Shown here one piece after another: positions 50,635 through 60,333 of a DNA stretch of 64,000 bases. Each line of letters starts with the position of its first letter. Within the stretch, counting starts at the first letter, position 1. The position numbers and the translations under genes are program-made. The notes under the pieces are model-generated. The model had not been told where the DNA came from. It ran no database searches and worked only from the letters and a program-made list of their open reading frames with translations. This DNA is from Promethearchaeota archaeon (lineage in GTDB: Archaea; Asgardarchaeota; Lokiarchaeia; Sigyniarchaeales; SOKP01), in contig JAHPZA010000003.1 of assembly GCA_019058445.1 (NCBI GenBank), positions 420,919 to 484,918 of the forward strand, written 5' to 3'.

Positions 50635-51810
50635 ATGGTTGAGATTAAAAAAATTGCGTGTTTAGGAGTAGGTTTAATGGGACAAGGTATAGCTCAAGTC
50701 TCATTAATGGCAGGTTATGATGTCGTTTTAGTAGATATTAAGGATGAGTTCGTTGACAATGCCTATGAAGGTATTAATGCGGGTATAAAAAAAGTCGAAT
50801 CGAAAGGTGGCTTAGGAGAGGGAGTTACTTCGGCAGATATCATGACAAAATGCTCAAAATCGATTGATTTAGCTTCTGCAGTGAAAGAAGTTGATATGAT
50901 TATTGAGGCAGTCATTGAGAAAATGGAGGTAAAGAAAGCAGTATGTAAAACGACTATGGATAATGGCCCTGATCATATAATTTTTGCATCAAATACTTCT
51001 ACAATGAGTATTACCGAGATTGGAAAAGATTCTGGAAAACCCGCTCAAGTTTGTGGTATTCACTTCTTTAACCCCGTACCCTTAATGCGCTGTATTGAAG
51101 TAATTAAGGGTGCTAGTACCTCCGATGAGACATTTAACACAGCTATTGAAGTTGCTGGAAGACTCCCTTGTTTGAGAGGTAAAAGATATATTGCTCCTGT
51201 ACTAAAAGATCGCCCTGGTTTCATAGTAAATCGTATGAACGCTCCAGTTCAGATTTACATGAATTATATCTTCGATAAGGCTGCTGAGCAAGGTATTCCA
51301 TGGGAGCAAATCGACGCAGACGCAGGTGACCTTATGCCAATGGGTCCTACTGAATTGGCGGATTACGTTGGGTTAGATACAATGTTTCATGTTGGGAATT
51401 ACTATGCTGAAACGCTTTCTCCTGACTTCAAACCGGGAAAAGTGCTAATTAAAATGGTAGATGAATGTAATTTAGGTAGAAAAACCGGAAAAGGTTTTCA
51501 TGATTGGTCCCAAGGACGACCAAAAATTGATAAATCGAAAAAAGCGGGAATATTCAACTTAGAAAATACAATGGCTATTTTATTAAATGAAGGTTGTAGA
51601 ATTTTGGAGGAAGGTGTTGCTTCAGGTTTCAAAATCATTGATGATGCCAATATGGCTGGTATGAACACACCAGGTCCATTTGGGGCAGGGAAAAAAAATT
51701 ATGCCCAATGGGCAGAGTTGCTTGAAAAACTTGCAGATGAAACTGGGAAAGATTACTTACGACCCTGTGAACTGATGAAGTCTGGTGGCTTTACGAAAAT
51801 GCGAAAATAA
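50635..51810 (+). CDS. 3-hydroxyacyl-CoA dehydrogenase with second C-terminal 3HCDH domain (tandem copy 2)
   Basis: Colinear paralogue of 49193-50362 with the same 5' flank CAAAAAGGATGAAAAAAAATGGTTGA. Confidence 0.9.
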   Translation: MVEIKKIACLGVGLMGQGIAQVSLMAGYDVVLVDIKDEFVDNAYEGINAGIKKVESKGGLGEGVTSADIMTKCSKSIDLASAVKEVDMIIEAVIEKMEVKKAVCKTTMDNGPDHIIFASNTSTMSITEIGKDSGKPAQVCGIHFFNPVPLMRCIEVIKGASTSDETFNTAIEVAGRLPCLRGKRYIAPVLKDRPGFIVNRMNAPVQIYMNYIFDKAAEQGIPWEQIDADAGDLMPMGPTELADYVGLDTMFHVGNYYAETLSPDFKPGKVLIKMVDECNLGRKTGKGFHDWSQGRPKIDKSKKAGIFNLENTMAILLNEGCRILEEGVASGFKIIDDANMAGMNTPGPFGAGKKNYAQWAELLEKLADETGKDYLRPCELMKSGGFTKMRK

Positions 51811-51900
51811 GAGTATATAATTTAAACCAGTAATTTTTCTTTTTTTTTATAAAATTTTTTTGAATATACTTTATTAATAAATATTAATTTAGAGCAATAA

Positions 51901-51923
51901 TGATCAAAATTTTGCTTTGATCA
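51901..51923. promoter_or_regulatory. Inverted repeat TGATCAAA-N7-TTTGATCA, candidate operator
   Basis: Perfect 8-bp arms, 30 nt upstream of ATG 51953. Confidence 0.35.
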
Positions 51924-51952
51924 GATTAAAAATCAACACTATATGATTAAAA

Positions 51953-53002
51953 ATGGTTATAGAAACAAAAATTACCAAAATGTTGGGGATTAAACATCCC
52001 ATAGTTGCCGCACCAATGGGACCATTTTACACTACCGATTTAGCGATTGCTGTTTCTGAAGCTGGTGGTTGTGGAGTCATAAGTCATACGGCTTTAGTTA
52101 GCGAAATCTTAGCCGGGAGAAGTGCTGTGGAGATTATGAAAGAAGATATGATCAAAGTTGTTGAACATACCGATAAACCTTTTGGATTCAACATTAGAAC
52201 TTCGCGTAACGAACGCGAGGCTCCAGCCCTTTGTAAACGAATTCCTGAATTCATAATGAAAAACCCAAAATTAAAAGAACAATGCGTATATGCTATAACT
52301 AGCGCGGGCTCTTCGAAATCAATATATACCAGTAAATTTAAGAAATTAAGGGAAAGTGGGTCTCAAATTAAACATTTTCACGTCGCACCAGCTCGTTGGT
52401 TAGCAGATAAATGTGTCGCAACGGGAGTGGATGGAATGGTTATAACGGGAGGTGAAGGGGGTGGTCATCAATCTTATGAAAAAGTTAGTACTTTAGTATT
52501 ACTGCAACAAATTACACAAAAATATCCTGACTTCCCTATTATTGCTTGCGGAGGATTTGCCACAGGTCAGGCACTTGCAGCTGCGTTAACAATGGGAGCT
52601 GGAGCAATTGCTATGGGTTCTCGGTTTATTGCGTCAAAAGAAAGTGAATTTCACGAAACATACAAAAATGTGGTTCCACCTGCTCATGCCCAAGATACTG
52701 TATTAGTCACTGGAGCCTTAGGTCCGATAAGACTCTGGAAAAATGAATATTCCTTGCATCACGATCTGGTCCAAAGCAAGGAAGAAAAAATGGCCGAAGA
52801 ACAAGGAGTATCTATTGAAGAACTGATAGAGGACGGAAAAAAATATGAGTTGGCATATCATGGTAATATCAAGGACGGAGCTGTACTTTTAGGACAGAGC
52901 ATTGGAATTATGCATAGTATTGAAAGTGTCTCTAATATAATTAATTCAATCGTATCAGATGCTGAAAAACGTTTGAAAAACGGCGCTACGTTAGTTAAAT
53001 AA
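51953..53002 (+). CDS. Nitronate monooxygenase / FabK-like FMN oxidoreductase
   Basis: HPIVAAPMG, EGGGH, IACGG, GSRFIAS; paralogue of 5559-6593. Confidence 0.85.
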   Translation: MVIETKITKMLGIKHPIVAAPMGPFYTTDLAIAVSEAGGCGVISHTALVSEILAGRSAVEIMKEDMIKVVEHTDKPFGFNIRTSRNEREAPALCKRIPEFIMKNPKLKEQCVYAITSAGSSKSIYTSKFKKLRESGSQIKHFHVAPARWLADKCVATGVDGMVITGGEGGGHQSYEKVSTLVLLQQITQKYPDFPIIACGGFATGQALAAALTMGAGAIAMGSRFIASKESEFHETYKNVVPPAHAQDTVLVTGALGPIRLWKNEYSLHHDLVQSKEEKMAEEQGVSIEELIEDGKKYELAYHGNIKDGAVLLGQSIGIMHSIESVSNIINSIVSDAEKRLKNGATLVK

Positions 53003-53071
53003 TCCCTGAAATTTGATATAATAATCTAATTTAATTTTTTTTTTAATTTAGAGCTTGTTACTATAAGAGAT

Positions 53072-54442
53072 TTAAAATTGGGGAAGCCATTTCGCTTCAA
53101 CTTCGAATAATTCATCCACCATATCTCGAACTTCTTTCGGAGAGCATACACTCGCGGTATTAGGATCGAGTAGTACGGCATGATAAATCTTTTCTCGGTC
53201 TAAGATAAGAGCACCTTCGACAGCAGCTTTTTGGACCATAATGTTGGATGTACAAAGAGCTTGACAAATAGTTGGAAGCTCAATCCCTCCTTGAGGATGC
53301 AATCCCTGATTATCAGCAGTGACCGGGACTTCTACGCAACATTCTTTTGGTAGGTTTGTTATTAATCCTCCCTGTTTGTTTATTACGTTCCCATTAAACA
53401 TGAATGGTTTATTGGTTTCAATAGCGTTCATTATATATGAAGCGTATTCTCCTGAATGTCTTTTTTTAAACTTCAATTTCTTTCGTTTCAATTTTCGTGC
53501 AATTGTTTTGTCAACACTTTCAGAATTTCTTTTACTCATAACATAATTAAAATTATGTTCCAGATTAGCAAACAGCATGGTACCCTTATATTTTTCTAAT
53601 AAATCATCTCGTTTCCTATAGTAGGGAAGATATTCACTTAGATGTCCGGATGATTCAGTCATAAAATAACCAGTAGCCCTCATCATATCTACCCTTAGTC
53701 TTTCTAATTCTTCGAAGCTTGGATCTTCTTCCAGTTTTTTATGCAAAAGGGGATATGCATTTTTCCAAGGTGATAATTTATTTTCCCTATATAATAGTTT
53801 AAGAAACCAGGCCATATGGTTAATGCCGGCGCACAAATATGAGAAATTTTCCGACTTAAGCTTTAAAGCACTCCTAAGCCCAAAAGCTGTACCAAATACA
53901 CCGTGGCAGAGGCCGACTGTGGAATCGGGCAAAATTTTATTGCAATACCAAGTGACCATTGCCATTGGATTTGTATAATTTAAAAGCAATGGTTTGTCAA
54001 TTTCACTTCCACAGTTATATCCTACTTCTTTAATATCTTTTAAAATGGATTTCAGAACTTGGCTAGCTCTCAAAAATCGAAATACCCCACCTGGTCCTAA
54101 GGTATCCCCCACACACTGAGTTACATTGTATTTGTAAGGAATATCCATATCTAATTTATAAGCTTCATACCCTCCAACATGGATGGCATTGATAATATAC
54201 TTCGCATCTTCAATAGCTTTACGCTGATTTGTCGTTTTCTCAAAGCTAACTCCTTCAAATCTTTCCGGAAAATTCTCTTTTAACTTTAACATATCTTTAT
54301 ACATTAAATCTAAATAGTGTTCATCAATATCTTCAAGATATATGACTGTATTTTCAATGAGAGAAGGAAACATGAGTATATCCGTCAATACGGTCTCTCC
54401 AAAGACAAATGAACCCGCACCTATAAATGCTATTTTTATCAT
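53072..54442 (-). CDS. Glycoside hydrolase family 4 (NAD+/Mn2+-dependent alpha-galactosidase/alpha-glucosidase, MelA-like)
   Basis: IGAGSFVF, GDTLGPGG, LNYTNPM, GLCHGV, AGINHMAW, TESSGHLSEY. Confidence 0.9.
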   Translation of the reverse strand: MIKIAFIGAGSFVFGETVLTDILMFPSLIENTVIYLEDIDEHYLDLMYKDMLKLKENFPERFEGVSFEKTTNQRKAIEDAKYIINAIHVGGYEAYKLDMDIPYKYNVTQCVGDTLGPGGVFRFLRASQVLKSILKDIKEVGYNCGSEIDKPLLLNYTNPMAMVTWYCNKILPDSTVGLCHGVFGTAFGLRSALKLKSENFSYLCAGINHMAWFLKLLYRENKLSPWKNAYPLLHKKLEEDPSFEELERLRVDMMRATGYFMTESSGHLSEYLPYYRKRDDLLEKYKGTMLFANLEHNFNYVMSKRNSESVDKTIARKLKRKKLKFKKRHSGEYASYIMNAIETNKPFMFNGNVINKQGGLITNLPKECCVEVPVTADNQGLHPQGGIELPTICQALCTSNIMVQKAAVEGALILDREKIYHAVLLDPNTASVCSPKEVRDMVDELFEVEAKWLPQF

Positions 54443-54590
54443 TATAATTCAACTGAATTCATTCATAATTAAATTTTTTATCAATAAGTATATAGAAAAA
54501 TACATTTTACGTTAGTATTAGTTTTAGATAACTTTCTTAAGTATATAGTATTTTTATTGTAAGAAAATGGATATATTCTAAGTGGAAAAA

Positions 54591-55847
54591 ATGAGTGAAA
54601 AAGTATATATTGTTAGTGTTGGGATGATAAAATTTGGAAAATATCTTGATAAAAGTATTAAAGATTTAACTGGTGAAGCGCTCCAATCGGTCAAAAATGA
54701 TTTCGGACGGGAGTTCAGTGAAATTGAAGCTGCGTGGTTTTCTAATACGGGCTGGGGAATGAGCGAAGATTTTCAGCATTGTATTAGAGGTCAAGTAGCA
54801 CTATCTGCACATGGTATAGAAAAAATCCCGATTAACAATGTAGAAAATGCCTGCGCCAGTGGGAGTAATGCCGTGCACGGCGCATGGACCGCAATTAAAG
54901 CAGGGCTTTATGATTGTACCCTTGCTATAGGTGCTGAAAAAGTATATCATGAAGATCGTAAAAAAATGATGGAAGGATTTATAGCTGGTACAGATGTTGT
55001 GAAGACAAGGAAATTAATTGAACAACTTAAAAAAATGGAAAGAAAGCGAAAGGAAAAATTAGCCAAAAAGCAAGGAACCGAGGCTATTAAAGAAAAAAAG
55101 GGCGGTCACTCTGCATTTATGGATCTTTATGCATTAGGAGCCCGGAACCATATGAAACGGTATGGATTGACGCAGAGACAATTAGCAGTCGTTTCTGCGA
55201 AAAATCACACAAATTCATCAATGAATCCATTAGCACAATATACCTTTCCTCTAACTGTAGAACAAGTCTTAGAGGATTATGAAGTAGCTTATCCCCTAAC
55301 AAGATCTATGTGTGCGCCCGTTGGAGATGGAGCAGCAGCAGCAATTATTTGTTCAGAAGACTGGTTAAAACATCATCCAGAACTTAAGGACAGAGCGATC
55401 CTAATAAGAGCATCTGTTTTAAGATCAGGTTCATGGACCTCAGACGACATTGCAAAAAGAGCTTCGATGGCTGCTTATAAAATGTCTGGTCTTGGCCCGA
55501 AAGATATTTCAGTAGCAGAGGTTCACGATGCCACAGCTTTTGGAGAAATACATCAAATCGAACAAATGGGGTTCTGTCCTATAGGACAGGGAGGGCCATT
55601 TACAGAGAGTGGCGCCACGGCTCTTGATGGTGAGATCCCTGTTAATACTAGTGGAGGACTACTTTCACGTGGACATCCCATTGGAGCTTCAGGATTAGCA
55701 CAAATATATGAATTAGTCACACAATTACGCGGGGAAGCAGGGGATAGGCAAGTCAAGAATCCCAAATTAGCCTTGGCAGAAAATGGTGGGGGTAATATCG
55801 GTCCTGGAGAAGCCGCCATGTGTGTCCATATTTTTGAAAAAATATAA
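54591..55847 (+). CDS. Thiolase family protein, SCP2-thiolase/lipid-transfer type
   Basis: NVENACASG, GAEK, KNH, DGAAA, EVHDA, NTSGGLLSRGHPIGASG, ENGGG. Confidence 0.9.
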   Translation: MSEKVYIVSVGMIKFGKYLDKSIKDLTGEALQSVKNDFGREFSEIEAAWFSNTGWGMSEDFQHCIRGQVALSAHGIEKIPINNVENACASGSNAVHGAWTAIKAGLYDCTLAIGAEKVYHEDRKKMMEGFIAGTDVVKTRKLIEQLKKMERKRKEKLAKKQGTEAIKEKKGGHSAFMDLYALGARNHMKRYGLTQRQLAVVSAKNHTNSSMNPLAQYTFPLTVEQVLEDYEVAYPLTRSMCAPVGDGAAAAIICSEDWLKHHPELKDRAILIRASVLRSGSWTSDDIAKRASMAAYKMSGLGPKDISVAEVHDATAFGEIHQIEQMGFCPIGQGGPFTESGATALDGEIPVNTSGGLLSRGHPIGASGLAQIYELVTQLRGEAGDRQVKNPKLALAENGGGNIGPGEAAMCVHIFEKI

Positions 55848-55882
55848 TTATCTTTTTATCCTTATTCTTTTGAAGGAATATC

Positions 55883-56509
55883 TCAGATTGCCATTCTCGC
55901 TTTACCTTGTAAATCAAACTCTGCAATAGTGCCACTTCTATTAACAAATTCCCAATTTTTCCCGAAGTCGTTGTATTTCCAGAAGTGTGTATTACATATT
56001 TTAATATCCTTGAAAAAAACTTCGAAAAGGGAGTTTTGCAAACGCTGAGGATTCTTACCATCGCCTCCGGTTGTCAAAGTTAATTTCATTTCACCATAAG
56101 GCATTGAGATATGGTATGTTTTATCCTCTTGAGTTAATTTAATATCCACATATCGAGTTCCTAATATTTTTCTAAGTATCAGTCCTCCAGGTATATTATT
56201 GAAGAAAAACGGCTCTAAATATTTTCGTTGTTCTTCTGTAGTAGTATCATTGATATAAAGCCCTCCCTCGCCACCTTTTGCTAACAACTCAGCAGCTTTA
56301 TTTGAATATATATCAACCACGTTGATTGCCAACACACCGCCGATGTCAACATCACCAATCTTACCTTCTTCAATTTTAAATAATTGAAACGATTTACAGG
56401 GTTCATCTCTATCTCTACCGAAATAAAAGGAGCAATGCCCTTCTGAGGCGCATGCTTCATACCATGTACCTTTCATATTCCAATTTAATCTTACTTTACT
56501 TTTTGAAAT
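55883..56509 (-). CDS. DUF1326-family protein; probable ATT start at 56509 (ORF track ATG 56476)
   Basis: W.MKG.WYEAC, IEEG.IGDVD..G, GLYIND..T.EQR; the conserved N-terminal Trp lies upstream of the ATG, and SD GAGGTGA sits 6 nt before ATT. Confidence 0.7.
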   Translation of the reverse strand: MSKSKVRLNWNMKGTWYEACASEGHCSFYFGRDRDEPCKSFQLFKIEEGKIGDVDIGGVLAINVVDIYSNKAAELLAKGGEGGLYINDTTTEEQRKYLEPFFFNNIPGGLILRKILGTRYVDIKLTQEDKTYHISMPYGEMKLTLTTGGDGKNPQRLQNSLFEVFFKDIKICNTHFWKYNDFGKNWEFVNRSGTIAEFDLQGKARMAI

Positions 56510-56616
56510 TGATTTTCACCTCAATTTTATTACTAAGTTCTAATTATTTTAGATACTATTTAACAATTTTAGAATTAGTTTGAATCTCTAAAAATTTGGG
56601 CTAAAATGTAGCTTTC

Positions 56617-57222
56617 TTATTTTTTTTTTAAAGATTTTTTTTTCGTTAAAAGATTTAATTCTGCAATTAACCAACACAGTTCTTCGTAAGTTGATGAGGA
56701 TCTATGAATCTCTTGAGCCTTTTTTTCAATTTCTTTTTTAGTTGCTTTTGCTTTAGGTTTTAATAGATTTAATTGTATCTCAGCAAGTTGTTCACATAAC
56801 TCTTCATATGTTTTTTTTTCTTTCGAGACTTCGTGACTTGCAATAGTAATTTCTCCTTCTAAATCTGGATCAATTCCCGCCTCTATTAATTCCATGGTAT
56901 CTTCATATTGGATTTCTAATTCTGGTCTTCTTTCAATTATAGTTTCTTTTTTTAACCCTGTTTTCAAAAGATCCATAATTGCGAGGAAAGAACCATATTC
57001 TTTATTTTGAGTTATTATTTGAATATTAGATGGGGGATTTCTCTTGTCATTAATGCTATTAACTTTTTTAATGCAAAAATCTTTTCTTTTCTCTGGAATT
57101 TTTTGCCCAATCCATAGATAAAGGGTTTTAAAGTCATCTATTAGATAAACCTGATTTTCATTAAACTCAACTTTATTAATTTTTGTTAATCCGCCCCTAA
57201 CACCCATGCTATATAGTTTCAC
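56617..57222 (-). CDS. Asgard gelsolin-domain protein with C-terminal domain X (1DGelX-like), eukaryotic signature protein
   Basis: Gelsolin core F....VYLIDD..TLYLWIG...QNKE...F; C-terminal helical repeat TYEELCEQLAE / TYEELCWLIAE. Confidence 0.82.
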   Translation of the reverse strand: MKLYSMGVRGGLTKINKVEFNENQVYLIDDFKTLYLWIGQKIPEKRKDFCIKKVNSINDKRNPPSNIQIITQNKEYGSFLAIMDLLKTGLKKETIIERRPELEIQYEDTMELIEAGIDPDLEGEITIASHEVSKEKKTYEELCEQLAEIQLNLLKPKAKATKKEIEKKAQEIHRSSSTYEELCWLIAELNLLTKKKSLKKK

Positions 57223-57348
57223 TGCATTTCTCTAGATATGTAATTATAATATAGTAAAACTAAGTAACTCCATATTAATAATTTTAACTCATTCTATGAG
57301 TTTAATATTAGTAAGAAGAAAACCAAAGGTAAAGAAGTTAAGTTTTCT

Positions 57349-57657
57349 TTAAAACCTATATTTCCCATTCATAATAATCTTGTAAATTTCTTCCGTTAAA
57401 AAAATATATTCCGAGCTGTGCAGTAATAATACATAGATAGGATCGTTAGTTTTAGAAATATCAAAGCCGATTCTTTTCATCTCAGATTTTTTAATTTTAA
57501 AAGTGGAAGTCGTTTTTAATTCACGTAATACTCGAATAAATTTTGGAATTGCATATTGAGGTAGATTTTTCTGTAATAAATTTAAGAGCTCGTTAAATTG
57601 AAGGTTTTTACTATTCTCTGTAGTTTTAATAGAAGCCATTCCTGCACGCCCTTCTGA
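57349..57657 (-). pseudogene. C-terminal remnant of a FATP-like acyl-CoA synthetase
   Basis: SEGRAGMAS...LPQYAIPKFIR...LKTTSTFKIKK...DPIY aligns with the last about 100 aa of 42444-44240; in-frame stop 4 codons upstream; no AMP-binding domain. Confidence 0.8.
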
Positions 57658-58501
57658 GATTACGTTTTAGTGTTTTTGGGCTAAAAATTACTACAATTAA
57701 TGTAGAAAAAATACCAAGTATCAATGTATAATAAAAGTCAGCAGTAGTATTCTGACCGAGAGGGAATATAATTATGATTGCTAAATTGCTCATGGCATGA
57801 AAGATTGTCGCTGCTAAGAGATTTCCTTCAGTATTATTATAGATCCACGTGTATAAAATAGAAAGAAAAACGACGACAATTAAGAACCACAAAAAGGAGC
57901 CTTCTTGATGGGAGCTTCCAGCAACAAACCAAAAAGGTAGGTGCCAAAACGCCCATATTACTCCAAGCGCGATGCTAGAATATAGTGCGTTGTATTTAGC
58001 CTGTAAGCGATCAATAGCATAACCTCTCCAGCCGAATTCTTCAGCTAACCCTCCGGCAAATGTAAATAGCATGAAAAACCATAAAAGAAGTATCCACGGT
58101 TGAGATAACCAGATTAATTCAGGAATCAGTCCTTCAGTAAAAATTGCAGTTAAAAAAGCAATTCCGGATATAATAGGAAATAAGAGAAAGATCACGAGTA
58201 CCCATTTCTTTTTTATATGAAAATTCCAGAATCTTTTCCATAACTGTTTGATGCCTTCTTTTCCCTCATTTATAAAGGTTAAAGAAACAGCTCCAACTAA
58301 AGGTCCAAAATTGCCTATAATCTCTAATATTACGATGTGAAGTTCAATATTGCCAGTTGATGTACGACCACCCCCAGTTGGTGAGAGGATAGATGGTAAG
58401 TAAAATAACCAAGTCCAACCGAAAGCGATTAAAATGAATAGTATGAGGTTTCTAACTTCAAATTCTTTTATAGATTGTTCTGACTTTTTAATGTTATTCA
58501 T
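57626..58501 (-). CDS. CPBP family (CAAX/Abi) intramembrane glutamic endopeptidase
   Basis: EEFGWRG, WAFWHLP, FHAMSN motifs; multiple TM. Confidence 0.9.
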   Translation of the reverse strand: MNNIKKSEQSIKEFEVRNLILFILIAFGWTWLFYLPSILSPTGGGRTSTGNIELHIVILEIIGNFGPLVGAVSLTFINEGKEGIKQLWKRFWNFHIKKKWVLVIFLLFPIISGIAFLTAIFTEGLIPELIWLSQPWILLLWFFMLFTFAGGLAEEFGWRGYAIDRLQAKYNALYSSIALGVIWAFWHLPFWFVAGSSHQEGSFLWFLIVVVFLSILYTWIYNNTEGNLLAATIFHAMSNLAIIIIFPLGQNTTADFYYTLILGIFSTLIVVIFSPKTLKRNLRRACRNGFY

Positions 58502-58614
58502 TTTAAGAATAGAGGTTTTATCTTAATTAATCCTAAATTTCTTAAAAATCTTAATATGCTAAATATTTTCTCACGATCTCTAATTACAAAGAAAAAGAAT
58601 TAAAAAAAAAACAA

Positions 58615-60117
58615 TTAAATTTCTAACAATCCATCCCATGCGGTCCTTTCTTTATCAAATGCAGCATTTACGGCTTTACACTCATCTCCAAAAAACATCG
58701 TAGTTCTCTTTTCTGTATCGTAAGAAGACCAATCAGGAAGACCCTCATGATTAGGATTTCCGGTACGAGCAAAAGCGATCCATGCATCCATCATTTTTTC
58801 GCTAAGAGCTTTATTAGTATTTTTGCCAACAAAATTATCCATATGGGGCAGATCAAGATTTCCAAAAACAAATGGTAATTCAAGAGCGTGGCATGCGCCT
58901 AATATTCCATCTAGAACCGGCGTTTGCCAAGTAAACATATAGTTATAAGTGTTTGGTTGATGAGGGCTCTGAGCCTCAAGCAATCGGATCGTGGAAATTC
59001 GAAATATTGCATCTGTAATAAGAGCTGACATTATTTCTTTAGGATCTGTAGAATATTTTCCTTCCCTTGCTTCTTTATATGTGTTGAGTATTAATTTACT
59101 CCTGTCATTATCTATGCCTAGGGTACCCAAGTATCCGATTAATAATTTTTCCATATCAGAATCGCTTACATTGAACGCATTTGGATCAAGGGCACTAAAT
59201 AATTTGAACTCATCTAGATTAGTTCCTATCATAAAATCAAGGTGTTTACAATCACCATTTCTGAATGCTTTTAGGGGATGGATGGGTATTGTGTCTCCAT
59301 CAATCAGAGGCCTTAACGCGAGAATATCTATAGCATTTTTCTCAAAATATTTGTTTTGTCCCTCAATAATTTTTTCAGCTGGAATTTTACGCAATCCATC
59401 GATATCACCTCTTTTTAAACCGAATTCACGCATCAGTTTCTTGGTTGTTATATCGTTTATTCTTGGATCAATAAAGGGAGCGCTTTGGGCTATAACTTTG
59501 TGAAAAAGTCCTTTAGCAGCAGGCATTGCGGATAGAGTAATGACCGCATAACCACCAGCAGACTCACCAAAAATGGTCACATTATTTGGATCCCCCCCAA
59601 AAAATTCAATATTATCTTGTACCCATTTTAGTGCTAATATTTGATCAAACTGACCAACATTGATAGTTTTTCCTGGTACATATAAATATCCAAACATCCC
59701 AAGTCGATAATTTATAGTAACGACCACAACATCGCCTCTCTTTGCTAATGCTGAACCATCATATATGGGATCTATTCCTCCTCCAATTGTGAACGCACCT
59801 CCATGAATCCAGAACATTACTGGGCGCTTTTTTTTATCAGCCGAGGGAGTCCATATATTTAGATTTAAGCAGTCCTCACTTTCAGGTTGAAGCTTGCCAA
59901 ACCATTCTTCTAATTGTGAATATGCTTGAAACGCACAATGACCATATCTTGTCGCGTCGAGCACATCAGTCCATACCTTTTTTGCTACGGGAGGACGAAA
60001 ACGTAAATCTCCTAAAGAAGATTCTGCATATGGAATTCCTTTAAATATTTCCAAACCGTCTTCGGTATAACCTTGGATTTTACCTGCCTTAGTTTCAATA
60101 ATACCTGTTTTATTCAT
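58615..60117 (-). CDS. Type B carboxylesterase
   Basis: SEDCLNLNIWTP, WIHGG, FGESAGG, CHALELPFVFG; paralogue of 16361-17887. Confidence 0.92.
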   Translation of the reverse strand: MNKTGIIETKAGKIQGYTEDGLEIFKGIPYAESSLGDLRFRPPVAKKVWTDVLDATRYGHCAFQAYSQLEEWFGKLQPESEDCLNLNIWTPSADKKKRPVMFWIHGGAFTIGGGIDPIYDGSALAKRGDVVVVTINYRLGMFGYLYVPGKTINVGQFDQILALKWVQDNIEFFGGDPNNVTIFGESAGGYAVITLSAMPAAKGLFHKVIAQSAPFIDPRINDITTKKLMREFGLKRGDIDGLRKIPAEKIIEGQNKYFEKNAIDILALRPLIDGDTIPIHPLKAFRNGDCKHLDFMIGTNLDEFKLFSALDPNAFNVSDSDMEKLLIGYLGTLGIDNDRSKLILNTYKEAREGKYSTDPKEIMSALITDAIFRISTIRLLEAQSPHQPNTYNYMFTWQTPVLDGILGACHALELPFVFGNLDLPHMDNFVGKNTNKALSEKMMDAWIAFARTGNPNHEGLPDWSSYDTEKRTTMFFGDECKAVNAAFDKERTAWDGLLEI

Positions 60118-60333
60118 AATAGAGATTGAAATTTTTTATAATTTTTAAGACTTGCTTAGTATAATCTCAATAGGGAAAAGCTATGATCTAAGATCCTAAA
60201 ATTTGATTTTAAGATATAAATATAAATAGAAAACCAATCCCTATAACGCGATAATGAGTTAAAAGCGCTGCCTTGGGCATGCCTGTGGTACTAGAGATAT
60301 TATTATATTATAAAATTGCCCAATTTTCGTAAT

